DNA from: Bdellovibrionales bacterium
Lineage (GTDB): Bacteria; Bdellovibrionota; Bdellovibrionia; Bdellovibrionales; UBA1609
DNA length: 49,555 bases
Assembly: GCA_050246815.1 (NCBI GenBank)
Contig: JBFWVI010000023.1
Coordinates: 1-49,555, forward strand
Reading direction: 5' to 3'
Part shown: positions 10,327-18,177 of the stretch, piece by piece
How the letters are laid out: each line of letters begins with the position of its first letter
Numbering within the stretch: the stretch's first letter is position 1
Program-made: the position numbers and the translations under genes
The notes under the pieces: generated by a model
What the model was told of the DNA's origin: nothing
The model's input: the letters and a program-made list of their open reading frames with translations, nothing else
The model's database searches: none

Positions 10327-10914
10327 ATGACTCGTATTTTTTCACTTTTTCTGGCTTTTCTGCTGGCTTCGCCGGCATGGTCTCAGATTGAAATTGATGA
10401 ATATGGTTCAGCTCGCACAGTGACTCGGGGGCAGGCTGAGGATGCGGAACCCGCCTCGCGCCGTGTTGGTTTGGGTGTCAGTGCAGGTGGTGTGGCGGGT
10501 ATTTTTGGCCTGAATTTGGAGTTGAACTTCACTGCAAACACCGGCCTGGCGGCGGGGTTTGGTGTTTCAACTGACTATCAAAGCCTGTTCTTGGGCTTCA
10601 AGCATATTTTAGTGGGTGAGCAATTCACGATTTACACCAGCGGAGGCTATGCGCGCTGGTTCGCCAGCGGCGAAGAGCGCAACGTCGGTGAAACCACCCC
10701 AGGTTTTGTCGGCAAACGCTTTTTATCGGATGAGGAGCGCCGGCGTGGCGTATTTGCCGAAAATTTACTTTATGCCGGTCTTGGAACGCAATATCTCAAG
10801 ACTCATGGCGATTGGTCGGGCTCTTCGATCTATGCGGAAGTCATCGGGCTCTTGGATTTGGATGACCTAGTCATCGCGCCCAACCTGGGTCTTGGTTACA
10901 TGTACTACTTCTAA
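10327..10914 (+). CDS. Putative small outer-membrane beta-barrel protein
   Basis: ATG at 10327 gives signal peptide MTRIFSLFLAFLLASPAWS. Gly/aromatic-rich alternating strands and a C-terminal beta-signal-like LGLGYMYYF. Confidence 0.6.
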   Translation: MTRIFSLFLAFLLASPAWSQIEIDEYGSARTVTRGQAEDAEPASRRVGLGVSAGGVAGIFGLNLELNFTANTGLAAGFGVSTDYQSLFLGFKHILVGEQFTIYTSGGYARWFASGEERNVGETTPGFVGKRFLSDEERRRGVFAENLLYAGLGTQYLKTHGDWSGSSIYAEVIGLLDLDDLVIAPNLGLGYMYYF

Positions 10915-10939
10915 TTTCAATCTGAGACAAATTTCGGGC

Positions 10940-10971
10940 AAAAAAAACCCTCGATTCATCACCGAGGGTTT
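10940..10971 (-). terminator. Rho-independent terminator of the Lys-rich micro-gene
   Basis: Minus strand reads AAACCCTCG-GTGATGAAT-CGAGGGTTT and continues into an 8-U tract, starting about 25 nt after the TAG at 10996. Confidence 0.85.
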
Positions 10972-10995
10972 AAGTATCACGACTGACGCAAGAAA

Positions 10996-11067
10996 CTATT
11001 TTTTCTTGCGAGCTGCTTTTTTCTTAGTCGCTTTTTTCTTAGTCGCTTTTTTAGCTTTCTTAGCCAT
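10996..11067 (-). CDS. 23-aa Lys/Ala-rich basic micro-protein, histone H1/protamine-like: MAKKAKKATKKKATKKKAARKKK
   Basis: Manual translation. GGGAGG RBS 5 nt before the ATG, a sigma70-like promoter upstream and a terminator downstream. Too short for the ORF track. Confidence 0.85.
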   Translation of the reverse strand: MAKKAKKATKKKATKKKAARKKK

Positions 11068-11121
11068 TGTATCCTCCCTGGATAATTGACTTTGTTGTTA
11101 ACCCGTATCGCCTACACGATC

Positions 11122-11149
11122 AGTGTATATCGGTTCACCCTCGCGTCAA
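11122..11149 (-). promoter_or_regulatory. Candidate sigma70 promoter of the micro-gene
   Basis: Minus strand TTGACG-N16-TACACT with a T-rich tract upstream. Confidence 0.6.
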
Positions 11150-11204
11150 TAGAAAAAATAATTGGATCTTCGCTTGCTCAGAATATTTTGCGCGGAGGTC
11201 GCTT

Positions 11205-11918
11205 ATGTATATCGCATTTGCCGTCAATTTTTTGTCCGCGCTATGGTTCGCGAACCGAATTTGGCGAAATCAGCGCGCATTGCACGCAAAATGTGTCGGA
11301 TTTCTGACGATCTTGGCAAGCTTGTTGCTTTCAAACACGTCTTTGCTGCTCGCGATTTGGTTTTTAACGCTTTCTGCGCTCAGTTTTCTTGTTCTATCCG
11401 GTTACAAAAATTGGCACCACCGCAAATTCCGCGCTCGCGTGCACCGTCAGATGGTGGAAAACATCATACTTGAGATGCGAGCAGGCCGTTCTTTTCGCTC
11501 GGCGATCATTCAAGCGGCCGCGCAGATCCAGGATGAGACACTGAACGAGCGCGTAAAACTTTGGTTGGCCGCCGTACCTATTGAAAATGAATCGTACCCA
11601 AATGACTGGTGGTCGCCTTTCGCGCGAGAACTAAGTCATATCGACCGTCAGGCGCACCATGCGCTAGAAAGAATGCTCGAATGGCGCCTGCGTTTGAAGC
11701 TGGAATCCGATTTTCGTCGCCGCTTCGGACAAGTGGCGTCGCAAATTCGTTTGCAAGCACTGATCGTCACGATCCTTTACCTTGCAATACTGGCCGTTAA
11801 CCTGTTGCGAGGCGCATGGAACCACGCTGCAGGGCTAATTTTAATTTCCGCGCTGTTATTGGTGGTTGGTTTTGTTCTGATCTTTCGTCTGGGTGGTCGG
11901 GTGAAATGGAATTTTTAG
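11205..11918 (+). CDS. TadB-like / T2SS-F-family membrane platform protein (divergent)
   Basis: N-terminal TMs, ENIILEMRAGRSFRSAI (resembles TadB xRAGxSxxxA), and RRFGQVASQIRLQALIV followed by C-terminal TMs. The ATG at 11205 is preferred as start. Confidence 0.6.
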   Translation: MYIAFAVNFLSALWFANRIWRNQRALHAKCVGFLTILASLLLSNTSLLLAIWFLTLSALSFLVLSGYKNWHHRKFRARVHRQMVENIILEMRAGRSFRSAIIQAAAQIQDETLNERVKLWLAAVPIENESYPNDWWSPFARELSHIDRQAHHALERMLEWRLRLKLESDFRRRFGQVASQIRLQALIVTILYLAILAVNLLRGAWNHAAGLILISALLLVVGFVLIFRLGGRVKWNF

Positions 11919-12331
11919 CGCCGTCTTACCAAGTTTTGCTGCAAATCCGTCAAAACATGCAGGCGGGAACGGCTGTGAGTGAGGCAATTCGCGGTGCCTT
12001 AAGTGGTAGCTCTTCTTTTCATTGGGCTCTTCGTCGTTGGTGGTTGGCTAAACAGCGTGGCGCTAAAACCAATTTTGCATATGAATTCAAGGCGCCGTTG
12101 CAAAAAATACTGATCGAAACCCTGGAGCGAGGTTTGGCGGGAGAGCCCATTTTGACGAATTTAAACGAGATCGAGGAAGAAATGCGACTGGCGATGAACG
12201 ACACCATTGAAAGACATTTGCAGCGCTTGCCGGTGATTTTACTTTTACCGTTGGCTGGCTTGATCTTTCCTAGCTTCATGCTGTTGATTTTGGGGCCGTT
12301 ACTCAGCGAACTTCTTCGGAGCTTACAATGA
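11906..12331 (+). CDS. TadC-like / T2SS-F-family protein (short)
   Basis: QAGTAVSEAI, GEPILTNLNEIEEEMR, and RLPVILLLPLAGLIFPSFMLLILGP matching the TadC C-terminal pattern. The ATG at 11906 overlaps the previous stop. Confidence 0.6.
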   Translation: MEFLAPSYQVLLQIRQNMQAGTAVSEAIRGALSGSSSFHWALRRWWLAKQRGAKTNFAYEFKAPLQKILIETLERGLAGEPILTNLNEIEEEMRLAMNDTIERHLQRLPVILLLPLAGLIFPSFMLLILGPLLSELLRSLQ

Positions 12332-12708
12332 TCTTTAGAATAATGCTTTTACTTGTTTTTTCACCGTGGCCCATGGGTCACGCAGAAGGCGCCAAAGAAC
12401 TAACACGGATCTTTTCGACACGTGACTTAGTTGAGTTCAATGTAAATCGACACCAAGAACAGCGCCGACAAATCAATGTGAATGCTTGTCGCCTGCAGCT
12501 GCAGCAGAAGTTGGTGCCTGCGGCCTGTCTTGAAGTGCATAAACCAGCGGCACGTGTCGAGACCGCTTGTTACAACGTGGATGTAAATCAGGTTTCTGCG
12601 GCCAGCCTTGGCCGGGCTTCGCGCATGAAAGGCTTCAGCAAAGGTTGTCGACGCCATCTAAAAAAACTTTTGGCGCGTAAAATTTATCAGGAGCAAGACG
12701 CGCTTTAA
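12328..12708 (+). CDS. Hypothetical secreted Cys-containing protein
   Basis: Signal-like N-terminus and four Cys. ATGA overlap with the previous gene. Confidence 0.55.
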   Translation: MIFRIMLLLVFSPWPMGHAEGAKELTRIFSTRDLVEFNVNRHQEQRRQINVNACRLQLQQKLVPAACLEVHKPAARVETACYNVDVNQVSAASLGRASRMKGFSKGCRRHLKKLLARKIYQEQDAL

Positions 12709-12746
12709 GCCGAACTTTGGCCTAAGTATTGAAATGATGCGATCTT

Positions 12747-13841
12747 ATGCAGCAGGTTTTGCGCCCCACACCACCGATTTATGAGTTGAAAGAGTTGATT
12801 GGGCAAGGCTCAAGCGGCTGTGTGTATCGTGCCGTCCGCACCGATGCGGCAGGCGCAATAAGCCATGAAGTGGCGATCAAGGTTCTTAATTCCAAGAATG
12901 CAGTCGAGGGTTGGAGTGAAGAGTTCAAATCCTTGGCCCGGGTGCAATCCAATCGATGCGTGCGGGTATTTGGTTTTGAGTGGCTAGGACAGCGCCCCGC
13001 CTTGGTATTGGAGTTGATTCGCGGAGTCAGCCTGTCTGAACTCTGCCGGGGACAAACAGTGAATCTGACTGTTCTGCAGTGGTTGGGGCAGGAGATCGCG
13101 GCGGGTCTGAGCGATTTGAACCGCGTGGGTTTATGTCATGGAGATTTGAGCTTGAACAACGTCATGGTGAACACAGAGGGCGAAGTGCGCTTGTTGGATT
13201 TTGGTTTTGGCAACGGGCATGGAGGACGCCGACGCATAACCCGCCAGTTTGCTGCGCCAGAAGTTCTAAATGGGCAGGCCTCCAATCAAGCTTCAGATCT
13301 ATGGAGCTTGGGCCAAATTTTACGTGCGATTTTACCAATTGAAACATCTGTGCCGCCTTGGATCACCGATTTACTGCAAGACCAGCCTGAAAAGCGGGCA
13401 TGGCGGGCGAATCCAGTGAGCCGTCCACGCGAATTGGGGCTGCAAATTAAAAACCTATTACGGCGGCAGCGACAGCAAATGGGAAAAACCTGCGAAGTCG
13501 GACATCCTCAAGGTCAATCGATCCGGTCCATCCGTTGGTTCCGTGGCCACGCCACTCGATTGGCGATTGTCCTTTTATTATTGTGCAGTGGCGGCACTAC
13601 CCAAGTAGGCCGCACCGCACCACTTGTGGGAGAGGCGCAACTTCGTTTTCGTTCCAATTATGGGGTGCAAATCGAATTGAATGGGCGGGCGATTGGCTTT
13701 GCTCCCCGAGATCTTACCCATTTGCGACCGGGCAGATATGTTTTAACTTGGATTCTAAGAGGCCAGCGGAGGCAGCGCACTTTGACTCTCAGAGCCGGTG
13801 ACCATATCTTGATAGACGACCAAGTCTTTTCAACGCTTTAA
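12747..13841 (+). CDS. Hanks-type Ser/Thr protein kinase with TM segment and C-terminal PEGA-like domain
   Basis: IGQGSSGCVY, VAIK, HGDLSLNN, DFG, APE, SDLWSLG. C-terminal IELNGRAIGFAP...LRPGRYVL is PEGA-like. Confidence 0.85.
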   Translation: MQQVLRPTPPIYELKELIGQGSSGCVYRAVRTDAAGAISHEVAIKVLNSKNAVEGWSEEFKSLARVQSNRCVRVFGFEWLGQRPALVLELIRGVSLSELCRGQTVNLTVLQWLGQEIAAGLSDLNRVGLCHGDLSLNNVMVNTEGEVRLLDFGFGNGHGGRRRITRQFAAPEVLNGQASNQASDLWSLGQILRAILPIETSVPPWITDLLQDQPEKRAWRANPVSRPRELGLQIKNLLRRQRQQMGKTCEVGHPQGQSIRSIRWFRGHATRLAIVLLLLCSGGTTQVGRTAPLVGEAQLRFRSNYGVQIELNGRAIGFAPRDLTHLRPGRYVLTWILRGQRRQRTLTLRAGDHILIDDQVFSTL

Positions 13842-13858
13842 GCTGGGGGCTCAGTTTT

Positions 13859-14680
13859 TTGAATATTTTAGATGCCATCATATTGGGTGTGGTCCAGGGC
13901 TTGACGGAATTTTTGCCGATTTCGAGCTCGGGGCATTTGGTTATCGCACAAAAGCTGCTTGGCATCGACAAGCATGACCTTGCCTTTGATTTGGCGGCTC
14001 ATGTGGGAACGTTGCTGTCGATTTTTACGATCTATGCCGTTTTGTTGAAACGTTTGGTGCAGACCACACTTCGCCCCGGGGTACTTTTGGCGGGTAAAAC
14101 CCAAGAGGCTCATCTGATTTTGATGGTGATTATTGGCTCGATTCCGACCGCCTTGATCGGTTTTGGATTCAAGCGCCAGTTTGAAGAGATGTTTGATGAC
14201 ATGTGGTCTTTGGGCATCTGTTTCATTATCACCGGCGGGCTACTATTGCTCAGCAAATGGCGTGGCAATGCCCGTTTTAGTCGGGAGCAATTGATGTCCT
14301 TTGACGGCATTCAGGCGATCACATGGCAAAAGGCGCTGTTTATCGGAGCCGCCCAGGGCTTATCGATCGCTCCCAGTATTAGTCGTTCTGGTATCACCAT
14401 TGTGGCGGGATTGTTGGTTGGGGTGCCCGCTCCAACCGCAGCGATGTACAGTTTTATCATGTCGATTCCGGCCGTGGCCGGTGCAGCCATGCTGGAGTTG
14501 CGCCATGTGCCGCTTGAAACTGCGCGCTTAGAAATTTTAGGAATTGGCTTTGTTACAGCCTATTTGGCGGGCGTAGTTGGTTTATGGGGAACTTTGCAGT
14601 CCGTGCGCAAGGGACGGCTTGAGGTTTTCACCGGCTACCTGGTGATTTTGGGAATTTTAATACTTTGGTTTTGGACTTAA
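13859..14680 (+). CDS. uppP: Undecaprenyl-diphosphate phosphatase
   Basis: GVVQGLTEFLPISSSGHL and IGAAQGLSIAPSISRSGIT. Confidence 0.95.
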   Translation: MNILDAIILGVVQGLTEFLPISSSGHLVIAQKLLGIDKHDLAFDLAAHVGTLLSIFTIYAVLLKRLVQTTLRPGVLLAGKTQEAHLILMVIIGSIPTALIGFGFKRQFEEMFDDMWSLGICFIITGGLLLLSKWRGNARFSREQLMSFDGIQAITWQKALFIGAAQGLSIAPSISRSGITIVAGLLVGVPAPTAAMYSFIMSIPAVAGAAMLELRHVPLETARLEILGIGFVTAYLAGVVGLWGTLQSVRKGRLEVFTGYLVILGILILWFWT

Positions 14681-14701
14681 ACATAGGGAATGGAGGTCGA
14701 A

Positions 14702-14911
14702 ATGGCCACAAATCCGAAAAAATGGGCCCAAGTGGTCGAGGAAATGTTGTCGCCAAAGCCGCGTTTGGCTACGGTGCAGGCCCAGATGAGAAGCTTGGGT
14801 GTGGAACCTGGCGCAGATTTAGTGGAGTGTATGGAGAAAGCACTGAATCGGCTTGAACCGGCAACTAAAGAAAGACTGCTGAGCAAACGGAGTAAGATCA
14901 ATGAGCTTTGA
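14702..14911 (+). CDS. Small hypothetical protein
   Basis: GGAGG RBS before the ATG at 14702. Fills the gap between uppP and the next gene and overlaps the next start. Confidence 0.6.
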   Translation: MATNPKKWAQVVEEMLSPKPRLATVQAQMRSLGVEPGADLVECMEKALNRLEPATKERLLSKRSKINEL

Positions 14912-16058
14912 AGATGAAAAATATGGCTTTGAAACCCGCGCAATTCATGCCGGCCAATCACCAGATCCCACTACGGGCGCGATCATGACACCGGTTTATA
15001 TGACCTCGACTTTTGTGCAAAGCTCGCCAGGCAAGCATTTGGGTTGGGAGTATTCAAGAACCCACAATCCTACCCGCCGCGCTTACGAGCAGTGTTTGGC
15101 GTCTCTTGAAGGTGGCCAACACGGCTTTGCTTTTGCCTCGGGATGTTCAGCCACCACGGTGGTGCTGCATCTGTTGGATGCCGGTGATGAGATCGTGGCC
15201 GGTGACGATATGTACGGCGGCACTTTTCGTCTGTTCGACAAAGTTTTGAAACGCCACGGATTGAATTTCAAGTACGTCGATCTGACTAAGATGGATCAAT
15301 TGGCGGCCGCGGTCAGCAGCAAGACAAAATTGATTTGGCTTGAGACCCCCACCAACCCAACCTTGAAGATCTTTGATATAGCCGCCATTGCCAAGGTCGC
15401 CCACTCGAAGGGCGCGTACTTGGCGGTCGACAATACATTTATGAGTCCCTATTTTCAGCGTCCTCTTGAGTTGGGCGCGGATATCGTGGTTCATTCCACC
15501 ACCAAGTATGTGAATGGCCATAGTGATATGGTGGGCGGTGCCGCTATTGTGAAGAGCGATGAACTGGCTGAACGTTTGGCTTTTTTAAGCAATTCGATGG
15601 GGCCTGTGGCGTCGCCGATGGATTCTTTTTTGGCGATGCGAAGCCTTAAAACCTTGGCCGTTCGCATGAAGGCACATCAAGAAAATGCCATGGTGATTGC
15701 GCAGTTTTTAGAATCTCATTCAAAGGTGGATTCAGTCGTTTACCCAGGCTTAAAAAGCCACCCGCAGTTTGAATTGGCTCAGCGCCAGATGTCTGGCAGC
15801 GGTGGCATGATCACATTTTATATCAAAGGTGGTTTGAAGGCCGCCCAGACTATGCTTGAAAAGGTGAAAGTCTTTTCATTGGCGGAAAGCTTGGGCGGAG
15901 TCGAATCGTTGATTGAGCATCCCGCCATCATGACTCACGCCAGTGTGCCCGAGAATATTCGTAAGCAGTTGGGGATTGATGATCGGCTGATTCGTTTAAG
16001 TGTGGGAATCGAAAGTCAAAAAGATCTATTAAAAGATCTGGAACAGGCGTTGGGGTAA
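14901..16058 (+). CDS. Cystathionine gamma-synthase/gamma-lyase family PLP enzyme
   Basis: ETRAIHAGQ, EYSRTHNPT, ETPTNP, DNTF, PLP lysine HSTTKYVNGHSD, AESLGGVESL. MetB versus MccB cannot be resolved by eye. Confidence 0.93.
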   Translation: MSFEDEKYGFETRAIHAGQSPDPTTGAIMTPVYMTSTFVQSSPGKHLGWEYSRTHNPTRRAYEQCLASLEGGQHGFAFASGCSATTVVLHLLDAGDEIVAGDDMYGGTFRLFDKVLKRHGLNFKYVDLTKMDQLAAAVSSKTKLIWLETPTNPTLKIFDIAAIAKVAHSKGAYLAVDNTFMSPYFQRPLELGADIVVHSTTKYVNGHSDMVGGAAIVKSDELAERLAFLSNSMGPVASPMDSFLAMRSLKTLAVRMKAHQENAMVIAQFLESHSKVDSVVYPGLKSHPQFELAQRQMSGSGGMITFYIKGGLKAAQTMLEKVKVFSLAESLGGVESLIEHPAIMTHASVPENIRKQLGIDDRLIRLSVGIESQKDLLKDLEQALG

Positions 16059-17207
16059 GTGGTGCTTGAAAGCCATCGTTTTTGGGCCGGGCTGGTGGGT
16101 CTTTACGGCGGTTTGGTTTGGGCTCAAGCTGTTCCTGAAATTGCTGAGCCCAAACACGAAATTGGCTTTGTCTGTCTGAAAGATGTGCAACCCAATGCCG
16201 GAAGCGGCGCGCCGGGAAATGATTGTGGCGAGCCCTTTAAAAAAATCAACAGGCTGGGACTGCAACTGCCAGGCGAAGTTTTAGCGCCGGAGTGGGCCAA
16301 AAAATCGAATGGCAAAACCGTAACCCGTGAGGAGTGGAAAAAAGTTCCGCTTGAGATGACGGGGTATGAGGAAGGTTACGGTTTTAAGGTCTACGCGGCC
16401 CGAAAAGACAGTCTTGAGCTGCGCATTGTGACGGAGGATAAATCGGAATCATTTTGGATCCCGCGCGAAAAAATTCAAAAATTTTATTCATTATCCGATT
16501 TTGGCGTCTGTGCCATCCAGGGCGAGGGCTGGTGGAAAGAGCTTCACCTTGAGGATCTTAGTACGAAAGCACCGCTTGAGCTTAATCAAAAAATCCCGGG
16601 AGACCCCTACAAGGGCTTGGAGCCAGCGGGCGTTTTGGACGTTCGCAGCAACAACAAATCTCAAATCTGCGAAAGCGAAGGCAAATGCGTTGCGGCCAGG
16701 GTCGATGTGGACCCAAAACGATTTACGCAAGACGAGATCTCTATGAGCCGTGGAAGAGTGAAGCACTTAAACTTAAGCGCCACCCACTTTATGGGGGAAT
16801 TGATCAGCACGGGTGATGTGGACCAGGTGAATCGCTTGGTGGTTTGGGACCGCAGAGGCGAAAATGAATTTTTATTGAAGGCGGACGTGTACGACAAGCC
16901 CCAAGTGTGGGTGAAAATTCCTGCGAGTTTAATGGTTGGAGTGAAGTTTTTGCCCAACAATGACCCAGAAGCGCAAAAATTTTTGGCGCGCCCAGATCAA
17001 AAGATCGTTCAGTATTCGAAAAATTTCCTGCAAAGAACATCGCTTTCGGTGACGAGCTCAAAGTGGTTAGGCGGTCAGTTTTGGTACAAGGTGAAGGTGC
17101 ATTTCGTCGATGGTTGTACCGATCCCGATCTGTATGAGGGCAAAGTGCTGGGGGAATACTGGGTTCCGTACTCTCCCAAACTTCAGAATTGCCCCAAGGG
17201 CTGCTGA
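16059..17207 (+). CDS. Hypothetical secreted protein
   Basis: 382-aa ORF with a signal-like N-terminus and paired Cys, ending NCPKGC. Confidence 0.65.
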   Translation: MVLESHRFWAGLVGLYGGLVWAQAVPEIAEPKHEIGFVCLKDVQPNAGSGAPGNDCGEPFKKINRLGLQLPGEVLAPEWAKKSNGKTVTREEWKKVPLEMTGYEEGYGFKVYAARKDSLELRIVTEDKSESFWIPREKIQKFYSLSDFGVCAIQGEGWWKELHLEDLSTKAPLELNQKIPGDPYKGLEPAGVLDVRSNNKSQICESEGKCVAARVDVDPKRFTQDEISMSRGRVKHLNLSATHFMGELISTGDVDQVNRLVVWDRRGENEFLLKADVYDKPQVWVKIPASLMVGVKFLPNNDPEAQKFLARPDQKIVQYSKNFLQRTSLSVTSSKWLGGQFWYKVKVHFVDGCTDPDLYEGKVLGEYWVPYSPKLQNCPKGC

Positions 17208-17246
17208 TTTTGCGGCGCGTCTTATATCGCCCACGACAAGCTTTTT

Positions 17247-17275
17247 TTGACTATGACAGTCCTAGACGGTACTTA
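17247..17275 (+). promoter_or_regulatory. Candidate sigma70 promoter for tRNA-Phe
   Basis: TTGACT-N17-TACTTA, about 25 nt upstream of the tRNA. Confidence 0.45.
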
Positions 17276-17299
17276 CTCGAGCCTCAGCCACTATGGATT

Positions 17300-17375
<76 letters not shown>

Positions 17376-17476
17376 CTTCAATTTTTCGAATAAATGTGAA
17401 AAATGTTCATCTTTTTTGGGGGATCGCTTGACGAGCTTTTTGGGGGACGGCTTTGAGCTTGCAAGGGGTGCTATTT

Positions 17477-18109
17477 ATGGGTCGTGGTTGTTGGCTTATT
17501 TTAGTTTTGGTGACGGGTCTAAGTGGCTTGCAAGCACAAGCCGCAGCGCTTGATGATTGCGATCGGACTTTGCAGTTCGCGATGGGAAGTTCGCCGCGAA
17601 AAATTCGCGATCATTTTGGTGTGCTAACTAGGATTAAAAGCGCGGGAATCGAAACTGAAAACCTTCGTCTGGTTGTTAAGTATGGCGACATGGCATCCGT
17701 CGAGCTGCTCTATAACAATCTCAATATTGGGTATGGGGAACTTGTAGACCTTGAAAATCAGAACAACCCTGGCCGGATTTATATTCCTTTTAATGGCATT
17801 TCACTGGTGGATGACTATCAGGGTAAAGGACTTGGAACTTTGATTTATTTAGCGTTGGCCAAGGCCGCTTACGTGAATGGTCAAATCTTTGAAAGCAGCT
17901 ACGACATCAACAGTTCGGCTCGTGGGGTGTGGCGGCGTTTTGTACGCCAGGGGCTGGCGATAGATCTTGGGCGTGACCAATATGAATTTAAATTTGAGGT
18001 GCTTCAGGATTCAAAGTTCCAGCAAGGGGTCGATGAGTTGCTGGAACTGTTTAAATTACGACCGAACGAATATGTTCATCCGACGGGCGAAGTACGAAGG
18101 CGTCCTTAA
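17477..18109 (+). CDS. Signal-peptide-bearing protein with a GNAT-like acetyl-CoA-binding motif
   Basis: MGRGCWLILVLVTGLSGLQAQA signal; ISLVDDYQGKGLGTLIY (GNAT motif A, QGxGxG); NSSARGVWRRF (motif B-like). Confidence 0.65.
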   Translation: MGRGCWLILVLVTGLSGLQAQAAALDDCDRTLQFAMGSSPRKIRDHFGVLTRIKSAGIETENLRLVVKYGDMASVELLYNNLNIGYGELVDLENQNNPGRIYIPFNGISLVDDYQGKGLGTLIYLALAKAAYVNGQIFESSYDINSSARGVWRRFVRQGLAIDLGRDQYEFKFEVLQDSKFQQGVDELLELFKLRPNEYVHPTGEVRRRP

Positions 18110-18177
18110 GGCTTCCTCTTCATTGGCCTTTTGCGGACTTTACTTTTCTCCGAAGGGCTGCTAGCGTCCCGCGTCAA

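Noticed and set aside
10892..11089. 65-aa plus-strand ORF with hydrophobic FFLVAFFLVAFLAFL repeats
   Set aside because: It is the antisense reading of the Lys-rich micro-gene, which is the strand carrying the RBS and terminator.
11067..11204. N-terminal extension (TTG start) of the TadB-like ORF given in the track
   Set aside because: It overlaps the RBS and promoter of the divergent micro-gene; the ATG at 11205 is more plausible.
17413..17447. 11-bp direct repeat TTTTTGGGGGA, twice
   Set aside because: Low complexity and only two copies; not CRISPR-like.
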